DNA from: Octopus bimaculoides
Taxonomy: Eukaryota
Assembly: GCF_001194135.2 (NCBI RefSeq)
Contig: NC_069004.1
Location: forward strand, 32,558,534 to 32,622,533
Direction: 5' to 3'
Length of the DNA: 64,000 nucleotides
Shown: positions 1-13,402 of the stretch, one piece after another
Numbering within the stretch: position 1 is the stretch's first letter
Layout: each line of letters starts with the position of its first letter
Position numbers and translations under genes: made by a program
The notes under the pieces: model-generated
What the model was told of the DNA's origin: nothing
The model's input: the letters and a program-made list of their open reading frames with translations, nothing else
Databases searched by the model: none

Positions 1-1004
1 TTTTCGATGATCATTCACGACCACCTGCAGATTCTGAGCACTTTTAGTCTAGAAAATTTCTCTGCCAGGATCAATAGGCAAACTGTGAAGCTGACTTGTT
101 GGACTTCCTACCTTAAGATAGACTTTCAAACATCCAGTGACAAAGAGCCCTTGCCATATTATTCCTTTCAGCCTTTTCTGATGATTGCTGGGCTTATCTG
201 AGCTCCTGATATGAAATTGTAATATTGTATTTTATTAAAAATAACATAGCCACTCTATTAAACACTATATGAATGCCTCTTTTTATCTGAGTTATGGATT
301 TTTAGACAACTAAGCTGAACATTTATACTTTGCAAAATGAATGGTTCCAGGTCTCTGAAGCTACGAGATTTGATGTGTTTGTTAGAAGATTGGCTTCTTG
401 TTTCTTTGAGAATGATCAAGTGATGTAAACACCTGAGATGAGACCAAATAAGGGTCGAAAATTGATTAAGGCTGTTCATGTTTTTAATCTATGGAGAAAT
501 AGATAAATTTAACATGCTTGTATGTCTTGTATGTAGGTTTACACACACACACACACACACACACACATGATGTAGCTTTGCATGTGAATATGCAAATGTC
601 ATCTCTCTCTTCTGCCCCCCCCCCACACACACACCTGCCAACTGTATCATTGCTATCCTGCCACTCCCCTATATATACCTGTGTTCACCACTCATTGCTC
701 TCCTCCCTTGTCCCCTAGTCTTTTGTTGCACTTTTGTGAACCCTCTGCTCACACACCCTGTCCAACCCTGTGTACTACTCCACTTATATTCATCTCCTTG
801 TACCTTGAGGGTACACACTGGCACATCCCACCATCTTCTCTCTCTCTCTCCCCTTGACTGGGGTAGCCATGTATCTCCTCCATAGCCAGACACCTGTTTC
901 TGCCTCTCCATTATAATTTTTAACTTCCCATCGCCTGGTACAGAGCCACCTCCCTCAATACCACTCCTCTCTGTTGAAAGGTTTTAGTCTTGCAATTTAC
1001 TTAA

Positions 1005-1200
1005 TGACCTCGCTGGTGCTGGTGCCACATAAAAAGCATTCAGTAGACTCTGTAAATTGGTTGGTGTTATGAAGGGCAATCAACTGTAGAAACCATTCCA
1101 AAGCTAACAGTAGAACTTGACCCTACTGTCTGGTTTGCCAGCTCCCCTGTCAAACCATCTAACCCATGCCAACGTAGAAAGCAGATGTTCAATGATGACA
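1005..1200 (+). mobile_element. SINE-like family D copy (GGTGCCACGTAAAAAGCAC head, GGAAGGGCATCCAGCTGTAGAAAC core, (ATG)n tail), degenerate
   Basis: Same module order as copies at 21405-21772, 31985-32285, 41770-41965 and reverse copies at 5630-5790, 8085-8340, 8890-9200, 11760-12050. Confidence 0.75.
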
Positions 1201-1545
1201 AGGATAAATGGTTCCTTTACATTTTTGTTATATTTGAAGGGTGAAAATGTTTAGATTTACATTTTCATGCTTGTCTCCATGTATTTGTTGGCTAAGGGCA
1301 TTGACACTCCTTGTTTTCAGGCATTAAACAAACTTTTTTTAACCTTCAAGACTTGGTTAACTGGTGCTGAATGAATTCTTTATGGCAATTAGTAAATATT
1401 AGTCTGGAATTTGTCACAAGCCAATACAAACGTCCGATCTGTGATGATTTCTGAAATTGTTATCAATTCTGCGAACCACTGCTTTCATATTCCTGAATAG
1501 TAATAACAGCAATGACTCAGGAGAGAATTTGATAGACAGAAACTG

Positions 1546-1547
<2 letters not shown>

Positions 1548-1620
<73 letters not shown>

Positions 1621-1637
1621 NNNNNNNNNNNNNNNNN

Positions 1638-1683
<46 letters not shown>
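1548..1683. repeat. (AG)n / N-gap / (TG)n compound microsatellite
   Basis: Directly visible; gap 1621-1637. Confidence 0.95.
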
Positions 1684-1689
<6 letters not shown>

Positions 1690-2777
1690 GAGAGAAAGAG
1701 AGTGTTTGCATTCTGAAATCACATGAGCAATAATCAGTGTTCCTCTTATCGTTTCTTTGTCTATTATTAACCGGGAGCTCTGCACTTTCAAATATGAAGG
1801 GAATGAAAAACTGGTAAGGGTTGGCAGCAGCAAAGGCCTCCAACTGTAAAACAATGCTTCAGCAATATGTATTCATCTACCCATACTGGCATGAAAAGTA
1901 AGATGTAAAATGTAAGAACAAATGAACGAAACAATATATATTTATGTATTCCATGAGGAATCTTTTGTATAAATTGACCCAAGTAGCTAAGAAAATATTG
2001 TTACCAGTGTTACTTATAAAGCAGCTGTGGGTTGGTAAAAATGGTACAGCACCAGACTACATGCCAAAACTCACCTGGTTTCACAGTGGATCACTCTGAG
2101 ATTGACTTCGCTTCAGAGTGGTCTTGATTCAGCTGACTACCCCACCACCACCACCACCACCACTACCACCAATATTTTGTGGCTCTGTTTCTGCAATATA
2201 TGTGAGTGATCCCCCCCTACACCTCCTATTTCATCCCACTCTCTTTGTTAATCTGTTCAGTCAGACAGTCACATGGTTCCGTCTTTGTAAAGGTGGTGGT
2301 GGTGGTAGTGATGGTGGTGCATGTGGATAATGTGGTAGATATTTTTCAACTATTTCTATACAAGAAATAAACAAGGACACACTCCATAGAGTCAGTCGGA
2401 GTCTGTTGATCACAAGATTGTATTTTGTGTGTGTGTGTGTGTGCGTGTGTATGTATACAACCTCAAGGTTTGTGTGAGGTGGAGAGAACGCATTTCATAT
2501 ATAGATTATCAGAGGGACTATAAAATAACAAATTAGACAAAAACACCATGACTTGGCATTAGAGTTTGTCTTGTGACAAGGCTGTGTTGTTGTTTAGCCC
2601 AAGTCAACACTGATTGTAAAGACTTATGGTCAGTCTTTGTTCTAAATGATGAATATATTATATAATACTATGGCAGTATAGTACATCATCTGTAGTGTAT
2701 GTACAATAGTATGCTTGTGCAATAGACTTTCTTTGATAAATGTACAATACTATGGCAGTATAGTACACCTTATGTAA

Positions 2778-3120
2778 TACCAGGTAGAGTCAAAGGTCTT
2801 TTTCGTATTTCAGGCTTTAGTTAATAGTTCAAACAAATTATTTATGGAAAGCATTTATTCATCAAAATATATCCCATTATAATCTGTTGCCATCATTGTG
2901 CCAGTAACTCACTTCCGCACTTATCCCATTTGGATGGTTTAGAGGCAAAAATGTCCCTGCACCTGTTTTCAAACTTATCTCTAACTGTTTAGCCTCCATC
3001 CATGCAGGAAATAATAAGCCATGGCTTGAAAAATGTGGTAATCAGATGGTGCAAGCTCTGGACTGCAAATACCTCAGAAACCCAGACTTACTGATGACTG
3101 TCCAGGTGTTGTTCTTACCA
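2778..3120 (-). mobile_element. Mariner transposon 3' relic (transposase C-terminus plus terminal repeat)
   Basis: Minus strand gives PELAPSDYHIFQAMAYYF (mariner YSPDLAPSDYHLF motif) and later ...NGIYFDE*. Terminus TA+CCAGGTAGAGTCAAAGGTCTTTTTCGTA at about 2778 resembles a mariner TIR. Multiple stops and frameshifts. Confidence 0.8.
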
Positions 3121-3314
3121 ACGACTACAATATCCATACTACATATTGTCTTATAAAGCATAGTGATACAACCTTATACAAATTACTAACAACTATCCTC
3201 TGCTATTTCCATCTGTGATGGAAACAAACAACCAGTGGTGCCACCATGTGGTCAGCTTATTAAATTGTTTGTCCATTACATTTGTACCAGTTCAGCTTCC
3301 ATTGTTTTTGGTTT

Positions 3315-3786
3315 CTGAATATTATAAAAGTACCCCCTTCAGTCATGACTGACCATGGGATTGCACCTAGAAAGTTACCTTCTGAGGCACAAGTCCAGGC
3401 AAGGTTGTTTATGGAAGACCAGCAGTCACCCATGCATACCGGCCTCCCCTCTCTATGCCACTGATGTTATCCAAGGGAAAAGCAAAGGCCGATACAGCTT
3501 GGCACCAGTGACGCCACAACCTTGTGATTGTGAGCCCAACACTCTAACCACTGAGTGAACTGGAGCAACATGAGATAAAGTGTCTTGCCCAAGAACACAA
3601 CACACAGCCCATTCCAGGAATTGAACTCACTACCTCATGATTGTGAACCCAACACTTTAAATACTGAGTGAATTGGAGCAACATGAGATAAAGTGTCTTG
3701 CTCAAGAACACAACACACAGCCCATTTCAGGAATCGAACTCACTACCTCATGATTGTGAGCCCAACACTCTAAATACTGAGCTATG
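3315..3786 (-). mobile_element. tRNA-derived SINE family C copy with tandemly duplicated 113-bp head
   Basis: Reverse complement of the copies at 57720-58040 and 53900-54180; GATTGTGAGCCCAACACT recurs at 3526, 3639 and 3752. Confidence 0.85.
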
Positions 3787-3834
3787 CTACAGCTTCAAGC
3801 ATTTTCTCCTCATAGTTCCACCAGTGAAGAACAA

Positions 3835-4050
3835 TGAAATATGATGCTTCTTTCATAATGAAAGTTGTTACATTTGCATTCTCTTTGAAACAGCAGAGCT
3901 GTAGTGAGGAAATGTGGAGTGAATGAAAAGTTTGTGCATGATTGGAAGAAAAATGAACATCTGTGAATTTGCCAGAGAAGAAATGTGTTGCATTGGTCTG
4001 AATTAGGAAACTATGTGGAAGGTTGAATCAAAGAAAACCAATAATTATTC
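3835..4050 (+). pseudogene. pogo/Tigger-type transposase N-terminal relic (BrkDBD-like plus start of CENP-B-type HTH)
   Basis: KYDASFIMKVVTFA, frameshift, NSRAVVRKCGVNEKFVHDWKKNEHL*..HWSELGNYVEG*IKENQ. Resembles the pogo N-terminal pattern Y..FKLKVV.A...N.AA.R.FGV.EK.VR.W.K followed by W.ELE. Confidence 0.7.
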
Positions 4051-4283
4051 GGTTACCTGAGGTAGCATATGTACTCAATACTCAAAGATTGAAGTGAGCA
4101 AAACCTCTTCCACAAGTGAAAGTAATGATTCTAGAATGACAACAGATTGATGTTCTTGCTTTATTCTGGGGGCAAAAATGCATTTTTTTTTATTAATTGA
4201 GAGAAAAGACACAGATTGCATAGAACTTCCCAACAGAACTTGGAGGCAAAAAATTTCACTAATTTCCACAGATCTATGATGCA

Positions 4284-4567
4284 TGGAAGTGTGGTTTCAG
4301 ATGTTTGCTTGCCAACCATGTGATTATGGATTCAGTCCCACTGTGTAGTACCAAAGGTCATTGTCTCCATGTCTTGACATCATATGATGGTGGTAAGTAA
4401 GTGTCACTGTCATACAAGTGGTGCTAGTCGTCAGGAAATATTCCTTTGCTTATAAACAGATGAGGGTTGGCAACAGGAAAGGCATCTGGCCATAGAAAAT
4501 CTGCCTCAACAAAATTCCATCCAGTCTATGGATGCATGGAAAAGTGGACATTAAAATGATGATGACA
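4284..4567 (+). mobile_element. SINE-like family B copy (degenerate)
   Basis: TTGCTTGCCAACCAT..TTCAGTCCCACTG head, GTGTCACTGTCATACAAG middle, GGAAAGGCATCTGGCCATAGAAAATCTGCCTCAA..GGAAAAGTGGACATTAAAATGATGATG tail, shared with 41330-41575 and 30670-30900. Confidence 0.7.
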
Positions 4568-4917
4568 ATGGTATCATGAGATTGAAGAATGAATAAAACT
4601 AGCCACAGTGTTAAATCGGGAATATGAATGACATTCTTTTTTTTTTTTTATATGCCTTGCAATAAAACTGTGAAAAGCAAAAATAAATAAAAAAACCCTA
4701 AAAAACTATTTAATTATGTATGGATTACAGATTAAATTCACTGTTGTATTAAGCTGCCTCACAGATAGAACTAACTTAAAACCAATGTTTATTTTTAAAT
4801 ACCAAATATAAAGTTCCTTCCAGGTGTTTTTGTTCATGTTCTTGAGAAAGGTTGGATGGATCAAACTGGAGTATATTTATGCAATGTGAATGAGTGGGAC
4901 AAGCACTTCTGTGATCT

Positions 4918-5272
4918 TAACGCTTTTGATATCAATCTGCCTGATATTCCCTCTTGGTTTCTATCCTAAAAACTTCTTGTTTTAAAATGATATCTAAATT
5001 AAAACCTTCCAGTAAAAAATTTCATGTTAGTTCATTCCAAACTGTAGCATAATAAATGACAGTTATTTTACTAAATTAATAGAAACAAAGACAGTGTGTT
5101 TCAAGACAAAATATGGTAACAAAAGAGTTTAAGTGATCCAGGTTCGAAAACCTTCCTTCAAAATTCCGTGTATATTTCTGTTCCAAACACCAGCTTTAAT
5201 AATAACAAAGCTATTTTTAATTGAAACAAAGCCAGTGTATTTCTACAGAAATATGTTGACAAAAGGGTGGAG
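4918..5272 (-). mobile_element. piggyBac-like non-autonomous element (family of 59383-59985), degenerate
   Basis: Begins TTAACGCTTTTGATATCAATCTGCCTGA; internal ATATGGTAACAAAAGAG(G)TTAA units are the reverse complement of the units at 14224-14755. Confidence 0.6.
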
Positions 5273-5397
5273 AAAGGGAAAATGCTCGTTGGTTTGAGAT
5301 GCATTCAACTCCTGTTTAACAATGTTCTGAATTATTTAGTACAAAAATAAATCTATAACTACAACGAACAGTGTATATAATTTATGTAATTCATATT

Positions 5398-5605
5398 CAG
5401 TTATCCTTCGCCATATTGTGGTTCACCTATCGTGGTTTATTGTTTAAGTTGATTCCTCTGTAGTGTTGTTTTGCATTTATAATAAAATAAATATTTACAA
5501 ATTATAAAAATGATTAAAAAAAAATGTACAGTATTGTTTCTACTTCACGGATTTTCATCTATTGCAGGGGGTTTTGGAATTTAACATCCGTGATAGGAAA
5601 TACTG
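5398..5605. mobile_element. Tigger/pogo-like MITE (about 208 bp), copy 1
   Basis: Left end CAGTTATCCTTCGCCATATTG, right end ..GTGATAGGAAATACTG followed by TA; colinear with 28931-29150. Confidence 0.75.
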
Positions 5606-7073
5606 TATAATATATATAATTCATCATCATCATCATCTGTCCGTCTTCCATGCTGGCATGGTTTCTACAGCTGGATGCCCTTCTTAATATAGCAAGCACT
5701 TTACAGTGTGTATTGGGTGCTTTTTTCATTACTTCAGCACTTGTGAGGTTGTCAAGCACCTTACATGACAAAGGAAATGTCCATTCCACTGAGTGGGGTT
5801 GTAGTGGAGCAGGAGGTGGCTTTATGTCAGATGTTGAGGGGCTAAAATAGGGATTGAGAGACATAGAAGAGGTACATAGCTACACCACATTACATAAGGG
5901 TTGTAAGGATAGAGGGAAGTAGAGGAGGAACATAACTACACTGTATTGGTGGGAGTAGTTGGAAAGAAGACAAAGATGGTGGCGACGAGATGTCAAAGTG
6001 TAAAATTCTCTGGGAATTTATGTCTGTTTTAGTCTCAGTGTAAGTCTAAATAAACTATTTAAAGATAATATTTGTTTGGAATGGAACAAATGGATGATTG
6101 ATGGAGAAGAAAAAAAAAATTACTCATGGAAGATGATAAGTGGATATGTGTGTGTGTGTGTGTGTGTGTGCATGATACTGGATGTATCATGTAATTCCCA
6201 TGACGAAGTCTCAGAAAGATGTTTCGAGTAGAAACTGTCATAAAATTATTTTAAAAAATGTGCAATTTGAAATGTAGTGAATGGAGAAAGAAGATATTTC
6301 GTGAAAGCAAGAGAAAAGCGACGACGAGGAGAAGGACAGAAAGATTGCAAAAATGTGGTAACTTCTAGCAATTTAGATCTGTCTGTTGATTTCTTTACTG
6401 CAGATGATGAGCAATATTTTACAGCAAAGATTATGAAGGATTTAAAAATTTTAGTTACACATGTTTTTATTATCAGTAAAATATAGCTTTTAAGCATAAT
6501 TAACCTTGGAGTTTAAAATTTATGAAATGTTTATGAGTTTGCGTTTTAAAAATTATAATATCTTATCTACAGTTTTTCACTGCTAATAACATAACTTTTC
6601 AAGCGATGTTTATTTTAAGAGCGCTATCAAAGAGTGCAATAATAATAATAATAATGATAATAATAATAATAATGATGTCAATGTGTCTATATTTAGTAAT
6701 CTGCTATTATTTATCATTAAACTGTCATTACTCTCATGGTGTACGGCACCTAAGTACGAGGCACACATTATCTTCCTCTGTCGGTTGAAATTACAGTAAC
6801 TTGGCCACAGATGAACTGTGCCAATCTTACATCTTCACTGAATGCTCTGGTAAACATTGTTTGCATTAACTTTCAGTAATGAATTCAGTCTACTCGGTAG
6901 CTGTGTATTTGTTCTGATGCTTTTATGAAACTCTGCAAGCAACATGCATATCATATTTGTTTCAGTGGCTGCTGGGCTACACTGACATTTTTATCAGGGA
7001 TTACTGTAGCTGTACCAGCTATTAATATGTACTGGTTTATTATTATTATTATTATCATTTTTAAAATATTTTT

Positions 7074-7305
7074 ATGGAGGTGAGCTGGTAGAATTGGTAG
7101 CACATTAGGTGAAATGATTAGTGGCATTTCATCTATCTTTATGTTCTGAGTTCAAATTCTGCTGCAGTCAACTTTGCCTTTCATCCTTTCAGGGTCAATG
7201 AAATAAGTACCAGTTATGTGTTGGGGTTGATGTAATTGACTTACCCACTCCCCTGAATTTCTAGCCTTTTACCTATAGTAGAAGGGGTTATTATTATCAT
7301 TATTA
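7074..7305 (+). mobile_element. tRNA-derived SINE family A copy with (TTA)n tail
   Basis: GGTGAGCTGGTAGAAT head, B-box-like GAGTTCAAATTC, TTTGCCTTTCATCCTTTCAGGGTC core, GTAGAAGG+(TTA)n tail. Confidence 0.85.
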
Positions 7306-10279
7306 TTATTATAATAATTATTATTACAGTGCCCCCTCTTTATAAGGCGTCTCACTATACCGTGTCCCCACAAACTTCAAATAAGCACCAGGGGTCAGAC
7401 TGTTCAACTAGATTGTTCAAGACAGTGCCCCAGTATAGCCACAATCCAATGTCTGAAACAAGTAAAAGTTAAAAGAATAAATTAAACCACAAAAATTATA
7501 AAGTTGGAAGCATACTCTGGAAAAAAATATACCCCCCCCTCTTACACACACACAAGATGTTACATATGCTAATTCTTCTATTTGGCAGTCATCATCTGTA
7601 ATTAAGACTGCAGTGAACTTGTCTTGGGTGGGGAAGGACAGGGGTATGTTAAAACCCTTGATAGTGTCTTATGGCTTTTTGATTCTGCTAATGCCCTTTG
7701 AAGAGCCATAAACCTTGCGTCTCCTGTTTAAAAATCAATCAAGTAGGGGAAGGAAAGGTCAAAGCGGTTATCTATCACACCAGTGCAAAAGCTAGGGTAT
7801 TGATTTCTGACATAAATCAAAGGCCTCAAGTTTCTAGGATATAAACATTGATTGTTTTGTACTTTAGGTTTATCAACTCCCCAGAAGGACGAAGGGAAAA
7901 TTCAGTTTGTACCTGAGATACAATGTGAACGTGCCAACAGGTGGTCATCTAGATCGTTCAGCCACCCACAGCTATCTTCCAAATCTTCGAAAAGTTTTTA
8001 GGTAACATCCCACCTGAGACCATCCCTGGTTCTATGCTACACCCTCCCTTTTCTTAAAGTGATTTAAATTAAAATCAGCATCATTATTGTTTAACATCCA
8101 TCTTCCATGCATGCGTGGGTAGGACGGTTGACAGGAGCTGGCCAGGTAGAAAAACTACCCAACCATTCTGCAGAGTAGACTCAGTACTTTTTACATGGCA
8201 CTAGCAGAGGTGAGGTTAGTTTTGGCATGATTTTTACAGCTGAATGTCTTTCCAAATGTCAACCACATTACAGAGGGTGGACTGCATGCTTTTTACATGG
8301 CACCAGCACTGGCAGGGTCACCAAGTAACTCGCAAGACAAGGAATTATGAAAGGGACAGGGGCATTTGAGGAGGGGAACTTGTGCCAGAGGATGAAAGGT
8401 TAGAGTGTGACAAAGAGACAGATAGACAGAAGCAGGTGTCTTGCCACAACAGAGGGGGGGGGGGCATTAGAAGAGGTGGTTCAGTAGCAAATGATGAAAG
8501 GTTAGAGTGTAACTGAGAAATAGAGAGGCAGATTCTAATGAATTTATGTTCCAAACTTCAGCTAAATAACGACAAAGTTACTTTAATAAATTCTTGAAAT
8601 ATTTTTCATGCTCAGAATTGTTGAATCATAAAATAAATTTCAGTTGTTAGCTGTCAGCACTCTGCGTCCTCCCAGATTTCCATGTTTCATAAAATTCACC
8701 CACACCACTTCTGACATGCCTATACGTCTGTTCCACTTGATGACTCTTTTTCTGTCTTGTAGCGTTTTATTCCGTGTACCACGCATGTACTTTTGGCTGC
8801 CATTGTTGTCTTTCTTACTTGATTTATTGCTGCTTTCTCTTCCCTCTTTTACTCTCTTCTGATGAATTGTAGTGTTTCTGAGTACTGAATACATCATCAT
8901 CATTTAACGTCCACTCTCCATGCTGGCATAGGTTGGATGGTTTGACTGAAAACTGGTAAGCTGGAGAGCTGCTCCAGCTTCCCTTCTGATTTGGCAGGGT
9001 TTCTACAGCTGGATGCCCTTCTTAACACCAACCACTCCAAAAGTGTAGTGGGTGCTTCTTACATGCCACTGGCATAAGGTGCCAGTTACGAAAAACCAGT
9101 ACCAGGCACAACTAAGATCTCACTTGGCTTGACAGGTGTTCTCTAGCATAGTATATTGCCAAAGATCTCAGTCACCTGTCACTGCCTCCATGACAAGTGG
9201 CTGTGACAATAAGCTCAATATTCTTATTATTGAAGCAGTGAGCTAACAGAACTATTAGTGCATCAAACAAAATGTTTAGTGACATTTCTTTCAGCTCTTT
9301 ACTTTCTGAGTTTAAATTCTTCCAAGGCCATCTTTGCTGTTCAGCCATCCAGGGTTAATAAAATAAAGAACTAGTCAAATCCTGGAAGAGAGCGATGTAA
9401 TCAACTTGCCCCCTTCCCCTCAAAATTGCTTCTCTTATGCCAATATTTGAAACACTTATTATTTTCAAAATTAAGTGAAACAGTGATTCTCAGCAAAAAT
9501 ATTGTAACAAAATGCTTAAATTTATAGCCAACTCTTTTGAAAAAGAGAAAAATATTGACAATGTACACCCTTACACCTCTCCACTGATAGTTTACCTTGC
9601 TTTTTAGTTTCACTTCAGCCTCTCCCATCATCTTCCTTGTATGATTTGAGTAGCCATATAGCTTCTCTACAACAAGAAACCTGTTCTGCCCTGGCCCCTT
9701 TTTTCAAACTTTAACCTTTCATCTTCAAATATAAAGCTGCTTTCCTCTGTACTGTAGACCCACTCACTCACAGAAAAAAAAAGGGATCTTCGTCTTAAGA
9801 GCTGCATAGCAACCTTACCTTTTGTTAATTAGAGCAATGAAAAGGTGTTTCTTTCAACTCCTTCCTACCCACTTTGTCCCCAGTAACCACAGAAAATCTT
9901 CCACAGCCTCCCAGGAGACGGTACCACCCATTTCAAGAATCATCTGATATCTTTATATAAATAAAATGTTTGTTTGATAATTGCACCTATATTTCTGCAC
10001 TATATAAATACATATTTGCAGTGTCTGTATATGTGTGTATATTTAAATAAGCTATACAATTAGAGCAATATAATGTAACTTGTTTGCGCTATCCAAAACG
10101 ATTTGATTATAGATTTTATTCAAATATAAATACACGTAAACCTGAACTTGCTCACTTCTCCTTGTGTGTGTGTGGCAAGCACTTTGATGTTTACATACGT
10201 AAAACCATACAAAAAGAATGACTGTGTCTCTCTATATGCGTGTATGATTGTATACAAGGATATGTATAGTAGTATGGAA

Positions 10280-10328
10280 GGTGTATATGTATATATATAT
10301 ATATATACATATGTATATATATGTATAT

Positions 10329-10375
<47 letters not shown>

Positions 10376-11091
10376 CGTGTGTGTGTGTGTGTCTCTGTGT
10401 TTACAAGCCAAATTATTTGTTTCTTGTTCAATGTCTTATCGGGAAGAAATGCAAAACAACAACACCAAAAGGAAACAGAAACAAACCAATGTATTGTAAT
10501 GTTTTTGTTGCCCTCATGGCAAATACAGCAGTCATTATCGTTATCATTTTATTATTATTATTATTTTCTTTTTTTTTTTCTTGTAATTTTTCTTTTCCTA
10601 GTAATTTGGTCCAGCTGTAAGAAATTTAATTCAATACACATACAGTTTACTCAAAACTGTTTTTGTTGTTGTTGTTGTGTTGGGGAGGAATAGAGTGGAA
10701 GTCAGAGGAGGAGGAGACGAAAATCACTGATTTATTATTGATTTTGTTGTTGTTGTTGTGGCTGTTGAAATAAATGTTCAGGTTTAATTATACATTCAGA
10801 GTATGTACGCATAGCTAATTAAATTGCTGATTTCTCACAGAACAGCTTGTTAACTACATATGCTTCAAGTGTATGTTTGCATGTGCATGTGTGTGTGTGT
10901 GTGTGTGTGTGCCAGTGTATGCGTTTGTGACGTTATGCATTATTTTATTATTTCCACATGTATTATGTATTGTATACTCATGTACACACTTGTGAAGATG
11001 CAGTGATTTGCAACAATTTCCTTCTCCCTCTCTCTCTCTCTCTCTGTATATATCTATTTATTTATATTTGTGTGTGTTTGTATCTGTATGC

Positions 11092-11145
<54 letters not shown>

Positions 11146-11162
11146 ATGTGTGTGTGCATGTA

Positions 11163-11213
<51 letters not shown>

Positions 11214-11350
11214 TTGTGTGTGTGTGTATATAAATATATATATAAGTACAAAGTATATATGAAAGTGGATTCACTTATAATAAGTACATACACACACACA
11301 TACACATATATGTTATCAGACATGCAACACAGATATGTCTGTGTATCTAT
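10280..11350. repeat. Cluster of (TA)n/(TG)n/(TATG)n microsatellites
   Basis: Directly visible; explains the YI/CV/HT-rich ORFs in the track. Confidence 0.9.
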
Positions 11351-12140
11351 GTGCATGCATGTTTGTATGTTTATATACTTCCCTATACATAGTTATACAC
11401 ATGTGAATTATACAACCGTCTGTCGCTAGTAAACTCTGTAAAGTGGTTGGTGCTAGGAAGAGCACCCAACCTTAGAAACCCTACCAAAGCTGACATTGCA
11501 GTTTGATGCCGTTCTCTGACTGAGCAGACCCTTTTGCGTCATCATGTCTCTATCAGTATGGATGACCGATGATATTAATGATGATTTGTGTGATTTTTTT
11601 GAAATGATGATGAACAAGAAAGAAGAGCTGGAGATTCATTAAAGGGAACAAAATTGATAAGGTTTAATTACACTATTGAGAAGCAAAACCATATTGGGGT
11701 ATCAGAGAAAGAAAAGCCAGTTTAAAATACAGCAACAAAATTGGCCCTCTGAATGAAAGAGTATCATCATCATCATCATCATGACTCAATGTCCTTTGTC
11801 CATGCTGCCATGGGTTGGACGGTTTGACCAGAGCTGGAAAGTTGGAGAGCTGCACCAGACTCCAGTCTGATTTGGCATTGATTTCTGCAGCTGGATGCCC
11901 TACCTAACACCAACCACTTTACAGAGTATGCTGGGACCGGGTGCTTTTATGTGGCATTGTGTGGGCACTTTCATGTGACGCCACATGGGCGCTTTTTCTT
12001 GGTGCCACATGGGTGCTTTTATGTGGCACTGCACAGGCACTTTTATAGGGTTTTAGTCAAAGAACTCGACCCCAAGACTTATTCTTTGTAAGCCTAGTAC
12101 TTATTGTATTGGGTTATTTTGCCGAACCACTAAGTCACAG

Positions 12141-12772
12141 GATGAGGCAGTGTCCGGTGAATGTAGTAAGTGGGGTATTGTTTCCCATTCAAACTGCTCC
12201 AGCCTTTAGAATGTCATCTTCACTGTATGTGGCTGAGCATTAGACTCGGAAAGTTTGCAAGGAACCCATTGACCCAATTTCCTGATTTTTCCACTGGTAT
12301 GTAGGTGCTGATGAATGGTTGAATGACCAAATCAAAGCTTCTCTGCTTGTTCCTCAACAGTTACTATGGGAATTTGTTCCACTAGGATTTGCAGGACATC
12401 CTCATCGAGCTCTACAGATCTTCTAGGCTGTAGTTTCCTGCTTGGAATTTCTGGAATCACCGTTGACACTGGCTTATACTTATTGTTCGATCCCCTGTCA
12501 CTACATTAATATTCCTCACACTTTCCATTGCATTGTTACCTTTATTGAACTCATAAAACAAAATATGCCGAATATGCTCTTGTGTCACTTCCATTATAGT
12601 TTTGAAAAAATAACTGTTAAAATTGAACTGCACTCTTCAAAGTTTGCACTAAGAATAAGGGCAAGGTAAAATTACTACCTGCTTTTATAGCAAATAGATG
12701 CAGGTAGTTTATCCCATCCCCCTCCGACTTTTAGTTCATGTAAATGAAAAAAATTGCATTATTGATGGGATG

Positions 12773-12776
<4 letters not shown>
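12141..12776 (-). mobile_element. Internally deleted mariner element (5' TIR, transposase start, fused to the catalytic C-terminal region)
   Basis: TIR GGGTCATCCCATCAATAATGC preceded by TA (12777-12778). ATG at 12594: MEVTQEHIRHILFYEFNKGNNAMESVRNINVV..CQR*FQKFQAGNYSLED..LDEDVLQILVEQIP..HSTIHQHLHTSGKIRKLGQWVPCKLSE, then AQPHTVKMTF*RLEQFEWETIPHLLHSPDTAS (WVPHEL- and HPPYSPDL-like motifs). Confidence 0.9.
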
Positions 12777-12813
<37 letters not shown>

Positions 12814-13361
12814 NNNNNNNNNNNNNNNNNNNNNNNNNNNNNNNNNNNNNNNNNNNNNNNNNNNNNNNNNNNNNNNNNNNNNNNNNNNNNNNNNNNNNNN
12901 NNNNNNNNNNNNNNNNNNNNNNNNNNNNNNNNNNNNNNNNNNNNNNNNNNNNNNNNNNNNNNNNNNNNNNNNNNNNNNNNNNNNNNNNNNNNNNNNNNNN
13001 NNNNNNNNNNNNNNNNNNNNNNNNNNNNNNNNNNNNNNNNNNNNNNNNNNNNNNNNNNNNNNNNNNNNNNNNNNNNNNNNNNNNNNNNNNNNNNNNNNNN
13101 NNNNNNNNNNNNNNNNNNNNNNNNNNNNNNNNNNNNNNNNNNNNNNNNNNNNNNNNNNNNNNNNNNNNNNNNNNNNNNNNNNNNNNNNNNNNNNNNNNNN
13201 NNNNNNNNNNNNNNNNNNNNNNNNNNNNNNNNNNNNNNNNNNNNNNNNNNNNNNNNNNNNNNNNNNNNNNNNNNNNNNNNNNNNNNNNNNNNNNNNNNNN
13301 NNNNNNNNNNNNNNNNNNNNNNNNNNNNNNNNNNNNNNNNNNNNNNNNNNNNNNNNNNNNN
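12814..13361. other. Assembly gap flanked by (TA)n and (TG)n. Other gaps: 25261-25745, 41870-41879, 60728-61075, 62509-62545, 63566-63596.
   Basis: Runs of N. Confidence 1.

Positions 13362-13402
<41 letters not shown>

Noticed and set aside
7-479. Short ORFs at the window start
   Set aside because: No recognisable domain or coherent splice signals; may be UTR or decayed TE.
1414-1493. Minus-strand acceptor followed by RNMKAVVRRIDNNFRNHHRSDVCIGL*
   Set aside because: No donor or homology, and its phase does not match the candidate upstream exons.
6246-6497. Overlapping 69-83 aa ORFs in purine-rich sequence
   Set aside because: No recognisable motif; lengths are compatible with chance.
7870-8001. 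Apparent exon (TTTAG|GTTTATC..TTTAG|GTAACA) with an open frame
   Set aside because: Its 5' part matches the reverse SINE A core (GTACTT..TTTATC.ACCCC.GAAGGA.GAAAGG.AAA).
8640-8903. Overlapping ORFs on both strands
   Set aside because: No motif or homology recognised; adjacent to a SINE tail.
10120-11429. Long ORFs rich in YI/CV/HT (also at 22881-23986, 40734-41300, 42923-43373, 61786-62299 and across N-gaps)
   Set aside because: They are translations of microsatellites or N runs that lack stop codons.
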